NCBI RefSeq assembly: GCF_000299365.1
Contig: NC_018655.1
Span: 240,001-272,000, forward strand
Direction: 5' to 3'
DNA: 32,000 bases
DNA from: Candidatus Nitrosopumilus koreensis AR1
GTDB lineage: Archaea > Thermoproteota > Nitrososphaeria > Nitrososphaerales > Nitrosopumilaceae
Shown: positions 1-8,454 of the stretch, piece after piece
How the letters are laid out: each line of letters begins with the position of its first letter
Numbering within the stretch: the stretch's first letter is position 1
Program-made: the position numbers and the translations under genes
The notes under the pieces: model-generated
What the model was told of the DNA's origin: nothing
The model's database searches: none
The model's input: only the letters and a program-made list of their open reading frames with translations

Positions 1-420
1 TTTTCCAATTATCAAGGCTAATTCTACCTCATAATCTAACTGTGTGACAAAATCTGGACATTCGATATACGAATTATTTCCATTAAGAGCGGTTCTGGGT
101 TTTATGACAATTGCAGGATCTTCGGGTGCTGTTAATCCTTGTTCTTTTGCATGATCAACATAGTTGAATGCCAAACAAATTATTTTATTTGGATTTGGAA
201 TTGGTGCTAATAGTTTGAATTTGGAGATATTTTCTTCATAAGGCAAATCCTGTATTTTATTTTTAATTTCATCAAACCATCCGTCAAAAAGAAAATCTTT
301 TACGTTATGTGGAATTGGAACTCCTGTAAGATAAGTTATTTCATCTTTTGTTGCAACTTTATCTCCTTTAACAAATCCATATGTTTCATTATTTTCATAT
401 GACAATCGTGCTATTTTCAT
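1..420 (-). CDS. fumarylacetoacetate hydrolase (FAH) family protein, N-terminal part; gene runs off the left edge
   Basis: Own translation from ATG at 420..418 gives MKIARLSYENNETYGFVKGDKV...KLLAPIPNPNKIICLAFNYVDHAKEQGL...PAIVIKPRTALNGNNSYIECP...LDYEVELALIIGK with no stop down to base 1. These blocks are typical of the FAH / 2-keto-4-pentenoate hydratase family. It is absent from the ORF track because no stop lies in the window. Confidence 0.75.
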   Translation of the reverse strand, partial: MKIARLSYENNETYGFVKGDKVATKDEITYLTGVPIPHNVKDFLFDGWFDEIKNKIQDLPYEENISKFKLLAPIPNPNKIICLAFNYVDHAKEQGLTAPEDPAIVIKPRTALNGNNSYIECPDFVTQLDYEVELALIIGK

Positions 421-426
421 CATTAA

Positions 427-825
427 TCACTTGTGTGTAAAAATTGCTTGATTTTGTGAATCTTTTCTACAATATCCAAATCTAACAAATTGAATTTCTT
501 CTCCTTCTTTTAATTGTAGGTACTGTGGTTCTGTATAAACGTCTAATTCTTCTAAACTTTCTTCATTAAACTCTTCACCGTTGAACAAAACTTTTGGAAT
601 AATCATTTTTATTTCATGAGCTGTTTTTTGAGGAACCCATTGAATTTTTGGCATGTTAGTTGAATCTCCTTCTCCAATAAATTCTCCTTCTAACTCATTG
701 CCTGCTTTTGTAATCTGGACATTACCTAATCCTAAAAGTCTAATTGATGTCTGTTCCTTGATTGATTCTGCATCGTCTCCAGAAATGTAAAAATCTTCAG
801 TAATTTCGATTTTTCTTTTACCCAT
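427..825 (-). CDS. gltX: glutamyl-tRNA synthetase C-terminal (anticodon-binding) fragment; this frame is open upstream to 942
   Basis: 132-aa ORF ending '...EEIQFVRFGYCRKDSQNQAIFTHK', typical of the GluRS/GlnRS C-terminal barrel. Extending the frame upstream reads 'KIKNLPISVVEIPNHPINDMGKRK', which joins 'VKNAKKL' of the upstream ORF after a 1-nt shift. 419+132 aa matches a normal archaeal GluRS length. Confidence 0.85.
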   Translation of the reverse strand: MGKRKIEITEDFYISGDDAESIKEQTSIRLLGLGNVQITKAGNELEGEFIGEGDSTNMPKIQWVPQKTAHEIKMIIPKVLFNGEEFNEESLEELDVYTEPQYLQLKEGEEIQFVRFGYCRKDSQNQAIFTHK

Positions 826-875
826 ATCATTTATTGGATGATTGGGAATCTCAACTACTGATATTGGTAAATTTT

Positions 876-2135
876 TTATTTTAATTTTTTGGCATTTTTT
901 ACCATAAACAATCTTATGCTGTCTGCATCTACAAATTTTCGATTAAATGCTTCAAGAGCATCAAATGGCGCAAGTGTATTTGCTTTTGTTAATCCTAAAG
1001 ACATGATGAATTTTCTAATTGCTTCAGGCTTGATCCCTCTTCGTCTAAGTGCCTCTAGGGTTGGGAGTCTAGGATCATCATACCATGAAACCTTGCCTTC
1101 TTCAATCAAAGGCTTGATTATCCTCTTTGATATGGGCATTCCTTTGAATTCTAGCCTGGAGAAAAAACCTTGTTGTGGTTTTCTCATGCCTAATGCATCT
1201 AAAATTGCATCAATTAGCTCTTTTCTTAGTTCAAACTCTTTTGAACGAAAAGCATGTGTCACTCCATCAATACTGTCTTCAATTGCTACTGCAAAATCGT
1301 AACTAGGCCAAATTCTATATTTGTCGCCCACGGTGTAATGCTTTTCATCTATGATTCGTAATAATACAGGATCTCTCATAACTGCATTATCTGCTTTCAT
1401 ATCACCACGGAACCTAACTATGGCTTCTCCGGGTTTGAATTTATTTTGCATCTTTTCCCAATTTTTATTGTTTTTTCCAATATCTTCCATGCTACATTTA
1501 CAGGCTTTTCGTTCTCTTCGATTCTTACTGATGTCTTCTCTTTTACAAGTACAAACATACGCCTTTCCAGAATTAAGTAACTCTATTCCCTTTTCATAAA
1601 ATAGTTCCATGTCGTCTGAAGTATTTTTTACCTGATCAAATTTTATTCCTAACCACTCTAATCCTACTTTGATTGCAGCATGATATTCCATTCTTTCAGC
1701 TTCTGGATTTGTATCGTCCATTCTAAGTATGAATTTTCCACCATACATCTTTGCATATTCTGAATTAATTATCGCAGCTTTTGCGTGTCCAATATGTGGA
1801 TATCCATTTGGTTCTGGAGGAAATCGTGTAACTACTTTTCCTTGTACCGCATCTCTTAATTCTGGTAGTCCTTCTCTTTCTTCAATTTTTTCTTTAGGTG
1901 CTAATGCTTCTGGAAATTTTTCTTCCATTTCTTTTTGTTGTTCTTCTGATGATAACTGATTAACTGATGCAACAATTTCCGATATCTCTGCTGAAATTTC
2001 TTTTACTTTTGCTCTAAACTCTGGTTTTGTTCCAAGAATTTTTCCCAAAATTATTTTATCTTGAGTGCTGCCTCCATGCTCAAATGCATTTTGAAGAGCC
2101 ATTTTTCTGATTTCTTGTTTAACTTCTTCATCCAT
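876..2135 (-). CDS. gltX: glutamyl-tRNA synthetase, archaeal type: catalytic N-terminal 419 aa of a gene split by a frameshift
   Basis: Class I aaRS 'PNGYPHIGHAKAA' (HIGH) motif and a 'MPISKR' KMSKS-like motif. It ends 'RLFMVKNAKKLK*' inside an A-rich tract, and the C-terminal domain continues in another frame (427..942). Confidence 0.9.
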   Translation of the reverse strand: MDEEVKQEIRKMALQNAFEHGGSTQDKIILGKILGTKPEFRAKVKEISAEISEIVASVNQLSSEEQQKEMEEKFPEALAPKEKIEEREGLPELRDAVQGKVVTRFPPEPNGYPHIGHAKAAIINSEYAKMYGGKFILRMDDTNPEAERMEYHAAIKVGLEWLGIKFDQVKNTSDDMELFYEKGIELLNSGKAYVCTCKREDISKNRRERKACKCSMEDIGKNNKNWEKMQNKFKPGEAIVRFRGDMKADNAVMRDPVLLRIIDEKHYTVGDKYRIWPSYDFAVAIEDSIDGVTHAFRSKEFELRKELIDAILDALGMRKPQQGFFSRLEFKGMPISKRIIKPLIEEGKVSWYDDPRLPTLEALRRRGIKPEAIRKFIMSLGLTKANTLAPFDALEAFNRKFVDADSIRLFMVKNAKKLK

Positions 2136-2155
2136 TATGAACTACCTGATGATCC

Positions 2156-3136
2156 TTAGACACTTCTCTTAACTACGAAATCTAATAGTGCAATGAGTTC
2201 TGTTTTTGCTGAACCCGAGTATTTTGATAGTGATTTTTCTGCTTTTTTAGCGTATTTTAGTGCCTGTTTTCGAACATTTTCTTCTATGCCAAGTGAACGA
2301 ATCACATCTACTGCTTTGTTTAGGTCATTTCTTGAAATTTTGGGATTTCCAAATGCCTTTAAAATAATTTTTTTGTCTTTACCTTTTGCAATCTTTATTG
2401 CCATTAAGATTGGAAGTGATTTTTTCCCTTCTCGAAGATCGTTTCCTACTGGTTTTTTTGTAATTTTAGGATCTCCCATAACTCCAATTAAGTCATCAGT
2501 TATTTGAAATGCAATTCCTAGATTTCTTCCAAATGAAGAAAGATTTGAAATGTCTTTATCTTTATTTGTTGCACATATTGCTCCCATTGCACATGATACA
2601 TCAAACAATGCTGCTGTTTTCTTTCCAATCATTGTAATGTATTGTGATTGTGTCGGAATTTTCTTCTCTTCAGCCATTTTAACATCAAGTAATTGTCCTT
2701 CACAAACATCTACACATGCTTGTGCAAGTCTTGAGATAAGATGTGTTGTTGCAATAGGTGATAATTTTGTATTTGAAATAATCTGATATGCTTTTGAAAA
2801 TAATACGTCTCCTGCAAGAATTGCAATTGGCATGCCATATTTTCTATGTGTGGTTGGAACCCCGTGACGCATTTCATCATTATCCATAATGTCATCGTGA
2901 ACTAAAGTAAAATTATGAACCATTTCCACTGCACTGGCAGCTGGCATTGCATTGACAGCATTTCCCCCTAAAATTTGACAGCTTCTAATTACCATATATG
3001 GCCTGAGTCTTTTCCCACCGTGAATAATCAGATGACTTGCAGCATCATAGAGTTTTTTTGGATTTCCTTTTAATTTTGATTTAAGAAACTTGTTTACAGT
3101 TTTTGCATTTTTTTCAATTTGATTAGTATTTTTCAT
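2156..3136 (-). CDS. idsA: geranylgeranyl diphosphate synthase (trans-polyprenyl synthetase family)
   Basis: First aspartate-rich motif 'VHDDIMDND' and second motif 'FQITDDLIGVMGD'. 326 aa. Overlaps the idi stop by 14 nt, consistent with one operon. Confidence 0.85.
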   Translation of the reverse strand: MKNTNQIEKNAKTVNKFLKSKLKGNPKKLYDAASHLIIHGGKRLRPYMVIRSCQILGGNAVNAMPAASAVEMVHNFTLVHDDIMDNDEMRHGVPTTHRKYGMPIAILAGDVLFSKAYQIISNTKLSPIATTHLISRLAQACVDVCEGQLLDVKMAEEKKIPTQSQYITMIGKKTAALFDVSCAMGAICATNKDKDISNLSSFGRNLGIAFQITDDLIGVMGDPKITKKPVGNDLREGKKSLPILMAIKIAKGKDKKIILKAFGNPKISRNDLNKAVDVIRSLGIEENVRKQALKYAKKAEKSLSKYSGSAKTELIALLDFVVKRSV

Positions 3137-3773
3137 TTACTAATCTCCATTTTTCTTGTGGCAAATGTGTTTTGATTGCAACCTGTAACCCCTCATGAAC
3201 ATCGCTGGTCATCCATGTAGATAATACATTTGCGTGTTTTTCAAGCATGGCTTTATCAGATTTATCAAGTAATTCTAATGCAATGAGCATCCATGGACAA
3301 TAAATTTGAGGATTTGTTTTAATTTCTAACAGTAACTCACTGGCTGAAATCCATTTAATTTCGTCTATTTCTCCTTCAATTTCTTTCAATTCTGTAGATT
3401 TGTCTATTATTCCAATCAATGTTCCACAAATTTCATTTTCTGAACCTACATCTTTGTAAGGTACATGATATTCAAATTTATGTAAATAATCTAATTTTCC
3501 TTCAATCCCTAATTCTTCAGGCATTCTTCTTTCTCCTGATGAAACATATGTTTCTGATTCTCTAGGATGACTTGCAAATGTACCATCCCAATCTCCTGGC
3601 CATAACATTTTCTCTTTTGCTCTTCTTGTTAGAATTAATCTTCCATTTTCATCAAACAACAATGCAGTAAATGCTCTATGGAGTTTTCCATTAGGTAAAT
3701 GACATTTTACTTTTTCTTCTTTTCCAATTGGATTATCATTTTCATCAACTAAGATAACAAATTCTTCAGTCAT
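3123..3773 (-). CDS. idi: isopentenyl-diphosphate delta-isomerase, type 1 (Nudix fold), with Ala at the catalytic Cys position
   Basis: 'LHRAFTALLFDENGRLILTRRAKEKMLWPGDWDGTFASHP' and 'SENEICG' align without gaps to the E. coli/human IDI1 core (recalled from memory). Its start shares one base with the ipk stop (TAATG). Confidence 0.75.
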   Translation of the reverse strand: MTEEFVILVDENDNPIGKEEKVKCHLPNGKLHRAFTALLFDENGRLILTRRAKEKMLWPGDWDGTFASHPRESETYVSSGERRMPEELGIEGKLDYLHKFEYHVPYKDVGSENEICGTLIGIIDKSTELKEIEGEIDEIKWISASELLLEIKTNPQIYCPWMLIALELLDKSDKAMLEKHANVLSTWMTSDVHEGLQVAIKTHLPQEKWRLVNEKY

Positions 3774-4525
3774 TATTTTCCTCTAAACAACGTTCCTTCA
3801 AATTTCCTATTTTTAACCGCTTTCACGATTCTTTCAGGTTTGTTCCCGTTAACAAAAAATACATTCATCCCCATTTTTGAAATTTTTGACGCTTCTTCTA
3901 TTTTTCTAGTCATTCCACCAGTTACATCCATTTTATTTTCAGATATTGATGGATGTTCTCCTTTTAATTCATGAATTAATTTTTTAGATTTTAGATCAGA
4001 GTATACTCCATCTTCATTTAAAGCAAAAATACAAATCTTGGGTTTTAGAATTTTTGCAAAATGTGTCATTATTTTGTCTCCTGATAAAATGAATGTCTTG
4101 TTTTGTCCATACCATAATGCATCACCAAAAGTGACTGGAACCAAGCCTGATTTTGCTATTTTTTCAATTTCTTTTACCTTTTTTGTTATTGGTTTATTTC
4201 CTATCATAAAATCTGTTGGTGGGAGACAATATGGATTTAATTTATTTTTTAGAAATGAATCTAAAATTATTTTGTTTAGTTCTATCATGGAGTTTTTTAC
4301 AATTGCAACTCCTTTCAAATCATATTTTCTTTCTTTAGTATGCATATTATATTTGACAGACCAATAATGTCCATACGAACCTCCTCCATGAACAATCACT
4401 ATTGGTTCTTTAATCTTTTTTAGACTCTTTGCAAGATTATCAATTGTTTTTCTTCTTGGTGATAGTGGTTTGTCTTTGTTTGTGATAATTGATCCACCTA
4501 ATTTTATGAGAATCATGCTGTTCAA
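3773..4525 (-). CDS. ipk: isopentenyl phosphate kinase (amino-acid kinase fold)
   Basis: 'LIKLGGSIITNKDKP' and 'VHGGGSYGH' motifs, 250 aa, located between mvk and idi. Confidence 0.85.
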   Translation of the reverse strand: MNSMILIKLGGSIITNKDKPLSPRRKTIDNLAKSLKKIKEPIVIVHGGGSYGHYWSVKYNMHTKERKYDLKGVAIVKNSMIELNKIILDSFLKNKLNPYCLPPTDFMIGNKPITKKVKEIEKIAKSGLVPVTFGDALWYGQNKTFILSGDKIMTHFAKILKPKICIFALNEDGVYSDLKSKKLIHELKGEHPSISENKMDVTGGMTRKIEEASKISKMGMNVFFVNGNKPERIVKAVKNRKFEGTLFRGK

Positions 4526-4539
4526 AATTATCTATATAA

Positions 4540-5481
4540 TTAAAAAGTATCCAGTCCTTTGAAATCAATTTTTACAGAAAAGCATTCGTAATTTTTATTC
4601 TTAAATTCTCTAATCGTATTTTCTACATTAGATTCATCTGTAAGAGCAAAAATACATCCTCCGCCTCCTGCACCTGTAATTTTTGCTCCAAACGATGTTT
4701 CATATCCAATTTGAATCATTTTTCTAAGTTTATCATTTGAAACTCCAATAGTCTCTAGATATTCTTGATTTTGAATTATTTTTTGCCCCAATTCCGTAAT
4801 GTTGTTTTCTTTTAGTAATTCTAACACATTTTCAATAAGTAGCGATTCGTCTTCACATAATTTTGAAAATTCTTTCTCATTCCTTTCTTTGAATTTACTT
4901 ACTTCTTTAACAACACTTTCTGTTGAATGCTCTACATTTGAATTTGCTATTACGAGATGAAAATTAGGCTCAGATCCTATCTTTGTGAATCCCTTTCTCT
5001 TATCATACTCCATTAAACCTCCAAATGTACAAACAGTACAATCTGCTCCTGATGTATTTTGAAAAATTGTCTTTTCAGCTTCTATTGCTAGTTTTAAGAT
5101 TTCATCTTTTGAAACATTTCCAAATAATTTTGAAATTGCAGCTGCTCCTGCTACACAACATGCAGATGATGAACCTAGACCTACTCCCAATGGAATTTCA
5201 GATTCTACACTAATTTTAATTCCAGAATTTTTATTTTGAATTACTTTGTTTGCCAAATAATAAAATGGTTTTAGTGGGGAATTAATTTCTGAAATTGGTT
5301 TGTTTGGTTCTAATTCAAGTTCTCCTATGTTGGATTTGATTGAAATCTTTCTTTCACTAGTATCCTCTGCAATAACTGTAATTCTTTTATCAATTGCACA
5401 AAGAATTGCTTTTACTCCATACACAACAAAATGTTCTCCGAAAAGAATAACTTTTCCTGGAGCAGATGCTTTGGATTTCAA
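4540..5481 (-). CDS. mvk: mevalonate kinase (GHMP kinase family)
   Basis: 'SAPGKVILFGEHFVVYG' N-terminus, GHMP motif 'PLGVGLGSSSA' and C-terminal 'KITGAGGGGC'. Confidence 0.9.
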   Translation of the reverse strand: MKSKASAPGKVILFGEHFVVYGVKAILCAIDKRITVIAEDTSERKISIKSNIGELELEPNKPISEINSPLKPFYYLANKVIQNKNSGIKISVESEIPLGVGLGSSSACCVAGAAAISKLFGNVSKDEILKLAIEAEKTIFQNTSGADCTVCTFGGLMEYDKRKGFTKIGSEPNFHLVIANSNVEHSTESVVKEVSKFKERNEKEFSKLCEDESLLIENVLELLKENNITELGQKIIQNQEYLETIGVSNDKLRKMIQIGYETSFGAKITGAGGGGCIFALTDESNVENTIREFKNKNYECFSVKIDFKGLDTF

Positions 5482-5507
5482 GTAAACACTTTAGGATTCT
5501 GATTTAT

Positions 5508-6131
5508 TTATTCGATTTCCTCTTCGGTAATCTTTGTTTCAAAATCATCTATCTCAACACTCATAGAGTCTTCTTCTTTTAACTCTCCTTTTTCAATGAG
5601 AATTTGACGTACCAACAACCAGTATACTGTAGCTAATGCTTTTCTTCCTCTATTATTTGCTGGAATAATTACATCAAGATTTGATGTAATGTTATCTGTA
5701 TTTGCAATTCCTATTACTGGAATACCTGCATTAGTTGCCTCAGTTATTGCTTGTTCATCAACTTGAGGATCTGAAATCAATACTAATTTTGGTTCAATGT
5801 AATATGGTAATGATGGATTCGTTAATGTACCTGGCATGAATCTTCCAAGTAATTTCTTTGAACCTAATGTGTCACAGAATTTTTCAATTGGTGTTTCTGC
5901 ATATTGTCTGCCTGAACAAACAATAAGATTCTCCACGCCTAACCTGTTGATGAATTTGGCTGCAGTTTTGATCTTTTCTAATGTGATGTCCAAATCAAGC
6001 ATGTAGAGCCCTTCTGGACTGGCTTTAGTGATGAATGACCTCATAAATTTTGTCTTAACTTGAGTACCTACTCTAATTCCTGTAGATAGGATCTTTTTCT
6101 TGATATCTGTCGTTTCGGCTTGTTGGCTCAT
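5508..6131 (-). CDS. rps2: 30S ribosomal protein uS2
   Basis: 207 aa with archaeal S2 blocks 'GIRVGTQVKTKFM', 'LISDPQVDEQAITEA' and 'GIPVIGIANTDN'. Confidence 0.9.
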   Translation of the reverse strand: MSQQAETTDIKKKILSTGIRVGTQVKTKFMRSFITKASPEGLYMLDLDITLEKIKTAAKFINRLGVENLIVCSGRQYAETPIEKFCDTLGSKKLLGRFMPGTLTNPSLPYYIEPKLVLISDPQVDEQAITEATNAGIPVIGIANTDNITSNLDVIIPANNRGRKALATVYWLLVRQILIEKGELKEEDSMSVEIDDFETKITEEEIE

Positions 6132-6138
6132 AGCGATT

Positions 6139-7377
6139 TTAAACCTCTGCCATACCGCGTATTAAATCATGCTCTGATAGGCGTAATAATTCATTTAATT
6201 TTGCTACTCTTTCTCCTCCTACAACGCCAACTTTGAGCATTTTTGACTTTGTTGCAAGACCAATATGGGAAATCTGTGAATCAGTAGATTCACCTGATCT
6301 ATGTGATGTGATTAACCTAATGTTATTTTTATTTGCTAGATTTGCAAATTCTAGAGCATCATAAAGACTTCCTGCTTGGTTAACCTTCAGAATTGCTGCA
6401 TTGCACGATTTCATGTTAATAGCTTTTGAAAGGATTTCTTTGTTTGTAACTGTCAAATCATCACCTGTGATCAAAGTATTTGGAAATTTTGCTGTTAATT
6501 CTGCCATGTCTTCAAATGCTTCTTCATGAACTGCATCTTCTGCATAAATTAATTTGAATTTTTCAATAATATCTGCAGCAAAATCAATTTGTTCAGATGA
6601 TGTGTTTTCAAACCCTGCTCTATCATACACATACTTTGATTTTTCTTCATTCCACTGTGTTGACGATGCAAAGTCTACTCCTAACGATACTTCTTTTCCT
6701 AAAGTGAATCCCAAATTTTCACAAGCCATTGCAGAAACCTCTAATGCTTTTTGATTTTCTAGTTTTGGTGCCCATCCACCTTCATCTCCTCTACCGTTTG
6801 TAAAACTAGGATCTTCTTTTTCTAAAACACTACGCAACTCCTTATGTACTGCTAAGTTAGTTTCAATTGCTTCTTGGATAGTTTTTGCACCTGTTGCACA
6901 AATCAAAATTTCTTGAATGTCTGGTGTGCCGGGTCCTGCATGTGCACCACCTCCTAAAATATTTCCCAAGGGGAATGGAAATTTGAATGATGATTCATTT
7001 GATAGTGTCTTAAACAGTGGTTGTTCAAGTGCCTTTGATGCTGATTCCATAGATGCAATTGTTACTGCAAAAGCAAGTGCTCCTCCAATTCCTGAATAGT
7101 TAGATGAGTTATCAAAACTTTTCAGCGTATCATGAATTCCTTTTAGATCCGATGATTCTAATCCTATAAATTTTTGAGAATTTTCTTTTAAAATTTGAAG
7201 ACTTTCTTCAGGTTTCCCATTACGGAAACTAACTGCTTCATATTTTCCTACACTCGCACCAGATGGAGCACAAACTCTTCCTAAAAATTTACCATCTGAT
7301 TCTACATCAACTTCAATTGTTTTACTTCCTCTACTGTTGTATAGAATACGTCCTTCAATTGAAGTGATCTTGGCCAA
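6139..7377 (-). CDS. eno: enolase (phosphopyruvate hydratase)
   Basis: 412 aa; 'SHRSGESTDSQISHIGLA', 'ILKVNQAGSLYDA' and 'GDDLTVTN' enolase signatures. Confidence 0.9.
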   Translation of the reverse strand: MAKITSIEGRILYNSRGSKTIEVDVESDGKFLGRVCAPSGASVGKYEAVSFRNGKPEESLQILKENSQKFIGLESSDLKGIHDTLKSFDNSSNYSGIGGALAFAVTIASMESASKALEQPLFKTLSNESSFKFPFPLGNILGGGAHAGPGTPDIQEILICATGAKTIQEAIETNLAVHKELRSVLEKEDPSFTNGRGDEGGWAPKLENQKALEVSAMACENLGFTLGKEVSLGVDFASSTQWNEEKSKYVYDRAGFENTSSEQIDFAADIIEKFKLIYAEDAVHEEAFEDMAELTAKFPNTLITGDDLTVTNKEILSKAINMKSCNAAILKVNQAGSLYDALEFANLANKNNIRLITSHRSGESTDSQISHIGLATKSKMLKVGVVGGERVAKLNELLRLSEHDLIRGMAEV

Positions 7378-7378
7378 A

Positions 7379-7615
7379 TTATTCTAACTCAGATTGAACT
7401 TCTTGTTTTCTTCTCTGAATTGCCTCGTAGAAAGGAATTACTTGTTGAATTGTTTCAACAGTGGTCAATAACATCCTTCTACAACAATATCTCTCTACTC
7501 CCACAGAATCTAGAGTTTTCTCTGGATCTTCCCCAGCTTTGATTTTATTTTGATAATCGTCATATTTATCGGCAATTAGATTTCCACATGTAAAACATCT
7601 GACAGGAATTAACAT
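7379..7615 (-). CDS. rpoN: DNA-directed RNA polymerase subunit N (Rpo10/RpoN)
   Basis: 'MLIPVRCFTCGNLIADKYDDY...RYCCRRMLLT' zinc-ribbon signature. I place the start at ATG 7615..7613; the ORF-track start at 7651 adds 12 unconserved residues and would cover a TTTATAA box. Confidence 0.85.
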   Translation of the reverse strand: MLIPVRCFTCGNLIADKYDDYQNKIKAGEDPEKTLDSVGVERYCCRRMLLTTVETIQQVIPFYEAIQRRKQEVQSELE

Positions 7616-7638
7616 ACGAACGAAAAAGTAATCAAGGA

Positions 7639-7645
7639 TTATAAA
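7639..7645 (-). promoter_or_regulatory. TATA-box-like element (TTTATAA) for rpoN
   Basis: The minus strand reads TTTATAA centred ~27 nt upstream of the rpoN ATG. This spacing fits an archaeal promoter driving a leaderless or near-leaderless mRNA. Confidence 0.4.
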
Positions 7646-7667
7646 AACCATGCATGAAAATTTCTTT

Positions 7668-7752
7668 GCGGGCGTCGCCCAGCCTGGCCAAAGGCGCTAG
7701 CTTGAGGGGCTAGTCTCTCAGGAGTTCGTGGGTTCAAATCCCATCGCCCGCA
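7668..7752 (+). tRNA. tRNA-Leu, anticodon GAG; class II with long variable arm, no encoded CCA, no intron
   Basis: Hand-folded. Acceptor GCGGGCG/CGCCCGC plus discriminator A; D arm GCC-CAGCCTGGCCAAA-GGC; anticodon stem CTAGC/GCTAG with loop TT-GAG-GG; variable arm TCTCTCAGGAGTTC; T arm GTGGG-TTCAAAT-CCCAT. Confidence 0.9.
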
Positions 7753-7766
7753 TACAAATTTAAAAA

Positions 7767-8381
7767 TTATTTCTCTAATTTTTGTAAGGTTTTGATTAGT
7801 TCCATTCGTCTCTTTTCTTCTGTAATTATAGCTCTGACATCATCAACTAAAATTCTATTTACATCAATTTTTCTTCTAGCTTCTTTTACAACTTTATCGT
7901 ACATTGAAAAAGTATAAAGTTGGAGATACAAATTTTCCATTATTTCAAAAACTCTTGTGGCTTCTTCAATATCATTAATTCTAATCTTATCAAACACTCT
8001 TCTTTTTAATTCCCCAATACAATCTAGTAGTCCTAAAACATATGATTCAGGCATTACTGATAATTTTTTATCTGATGGAATGTCTTTTTTCTCCACAATT
8101 GCGATTAGACATGCTGCTTCTACAAATTCTTGTTCTGGTGTTATTAGATATCTTCTCAGATCTCCTGTAGCTTTTTTCTTATATTTTCTTAAGAGTGATT
8201 CTGCTTTTTTCAGATTATTTTTGCCTGTCTTTATGTCATTTTTATGGACAGCAATAATTGCTCTACTGCAAAGAACAACCACTTCTCTAGTGTTTTTTAA
8301 TAAAAATTCTCTTGAATCTTGAGCATCTTCTAAAGTTTTTGAAATTTTATTTAATGATGGCTTTACATTTTTTAGTGTCAT
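7767..8381 (-). CDS. translin-family nucleic-acid-binding protein (archaeal COG2178-like)
   Basis: 204-aa all-helical protein with 'EQEFVEAACL' and 'YVLGLLDCIGELKRRVFD' blocks, typical of the translin/TRAX fold family. Recognised by pattern only. Confidence 0.55.
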   Translation of the reverse strand: MTLKNVKPSLNKISKTLEDAQDSREFLLKNTREVVVLCSRAIIAVHKNDIKTGKNNLKKAESLLRKYKKKATGDLRRYLITPEQEFVEAACLIAIVEKKDIPSDKKLSVMPESYVLGLLDCIGELKRRVFDKIRINDIEEATRVFEIMENLYLQLYTFSMYDKVVKEARRKIDVNRILVDDVRAIITEEKRRMELIKTLQKLEK

Positions 8382-8454
8382 GTTAGATATTCATAATAAC
8401 CCGGATAAAGCCGTTTTCTAAACTCTTATTTTGGATATGCTTTTCACGTAAATT

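Noticed and set aside
826-942. Programmed ribosomal frameshift or transcriptional slippage as the explanation for the split GluRS
   Set aside because: No downstream stimulatory structure is evident. A second unrelated gene (9225..9231) shows the same 1-nt deficit in an A-run, so a technical homopolymer error is more parsimonious. This is not formally excluded.
889-1959. Plus-strand ORFs 889..1302, 1351..1599 and 1729..1959 (76-137 aa) antisense to the GluRS gene
   Set aside because: They lie entirely inside a strongly supported minus-strand gene and have low-complexity, Ser/Phe/Leu-rich translations with no motifs. The same applies to the other antisense track ORFs, e.g. 2193..2507, 4038..4367, 7957..8322, 8499..8885, 11219..11560, 26030..26539, 30806..31156 and 31385..31756.
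7616-7651. Longer rpoN start at 7651 (ORF-track 90-aa version)
   Set aside because: The extra 12 residues 'MVFIILDYFFVR' are not RpoN-like and would cover the TTTATAA box. 'MLIPVRCFTCG' is the canonical RpoN N-terminus.
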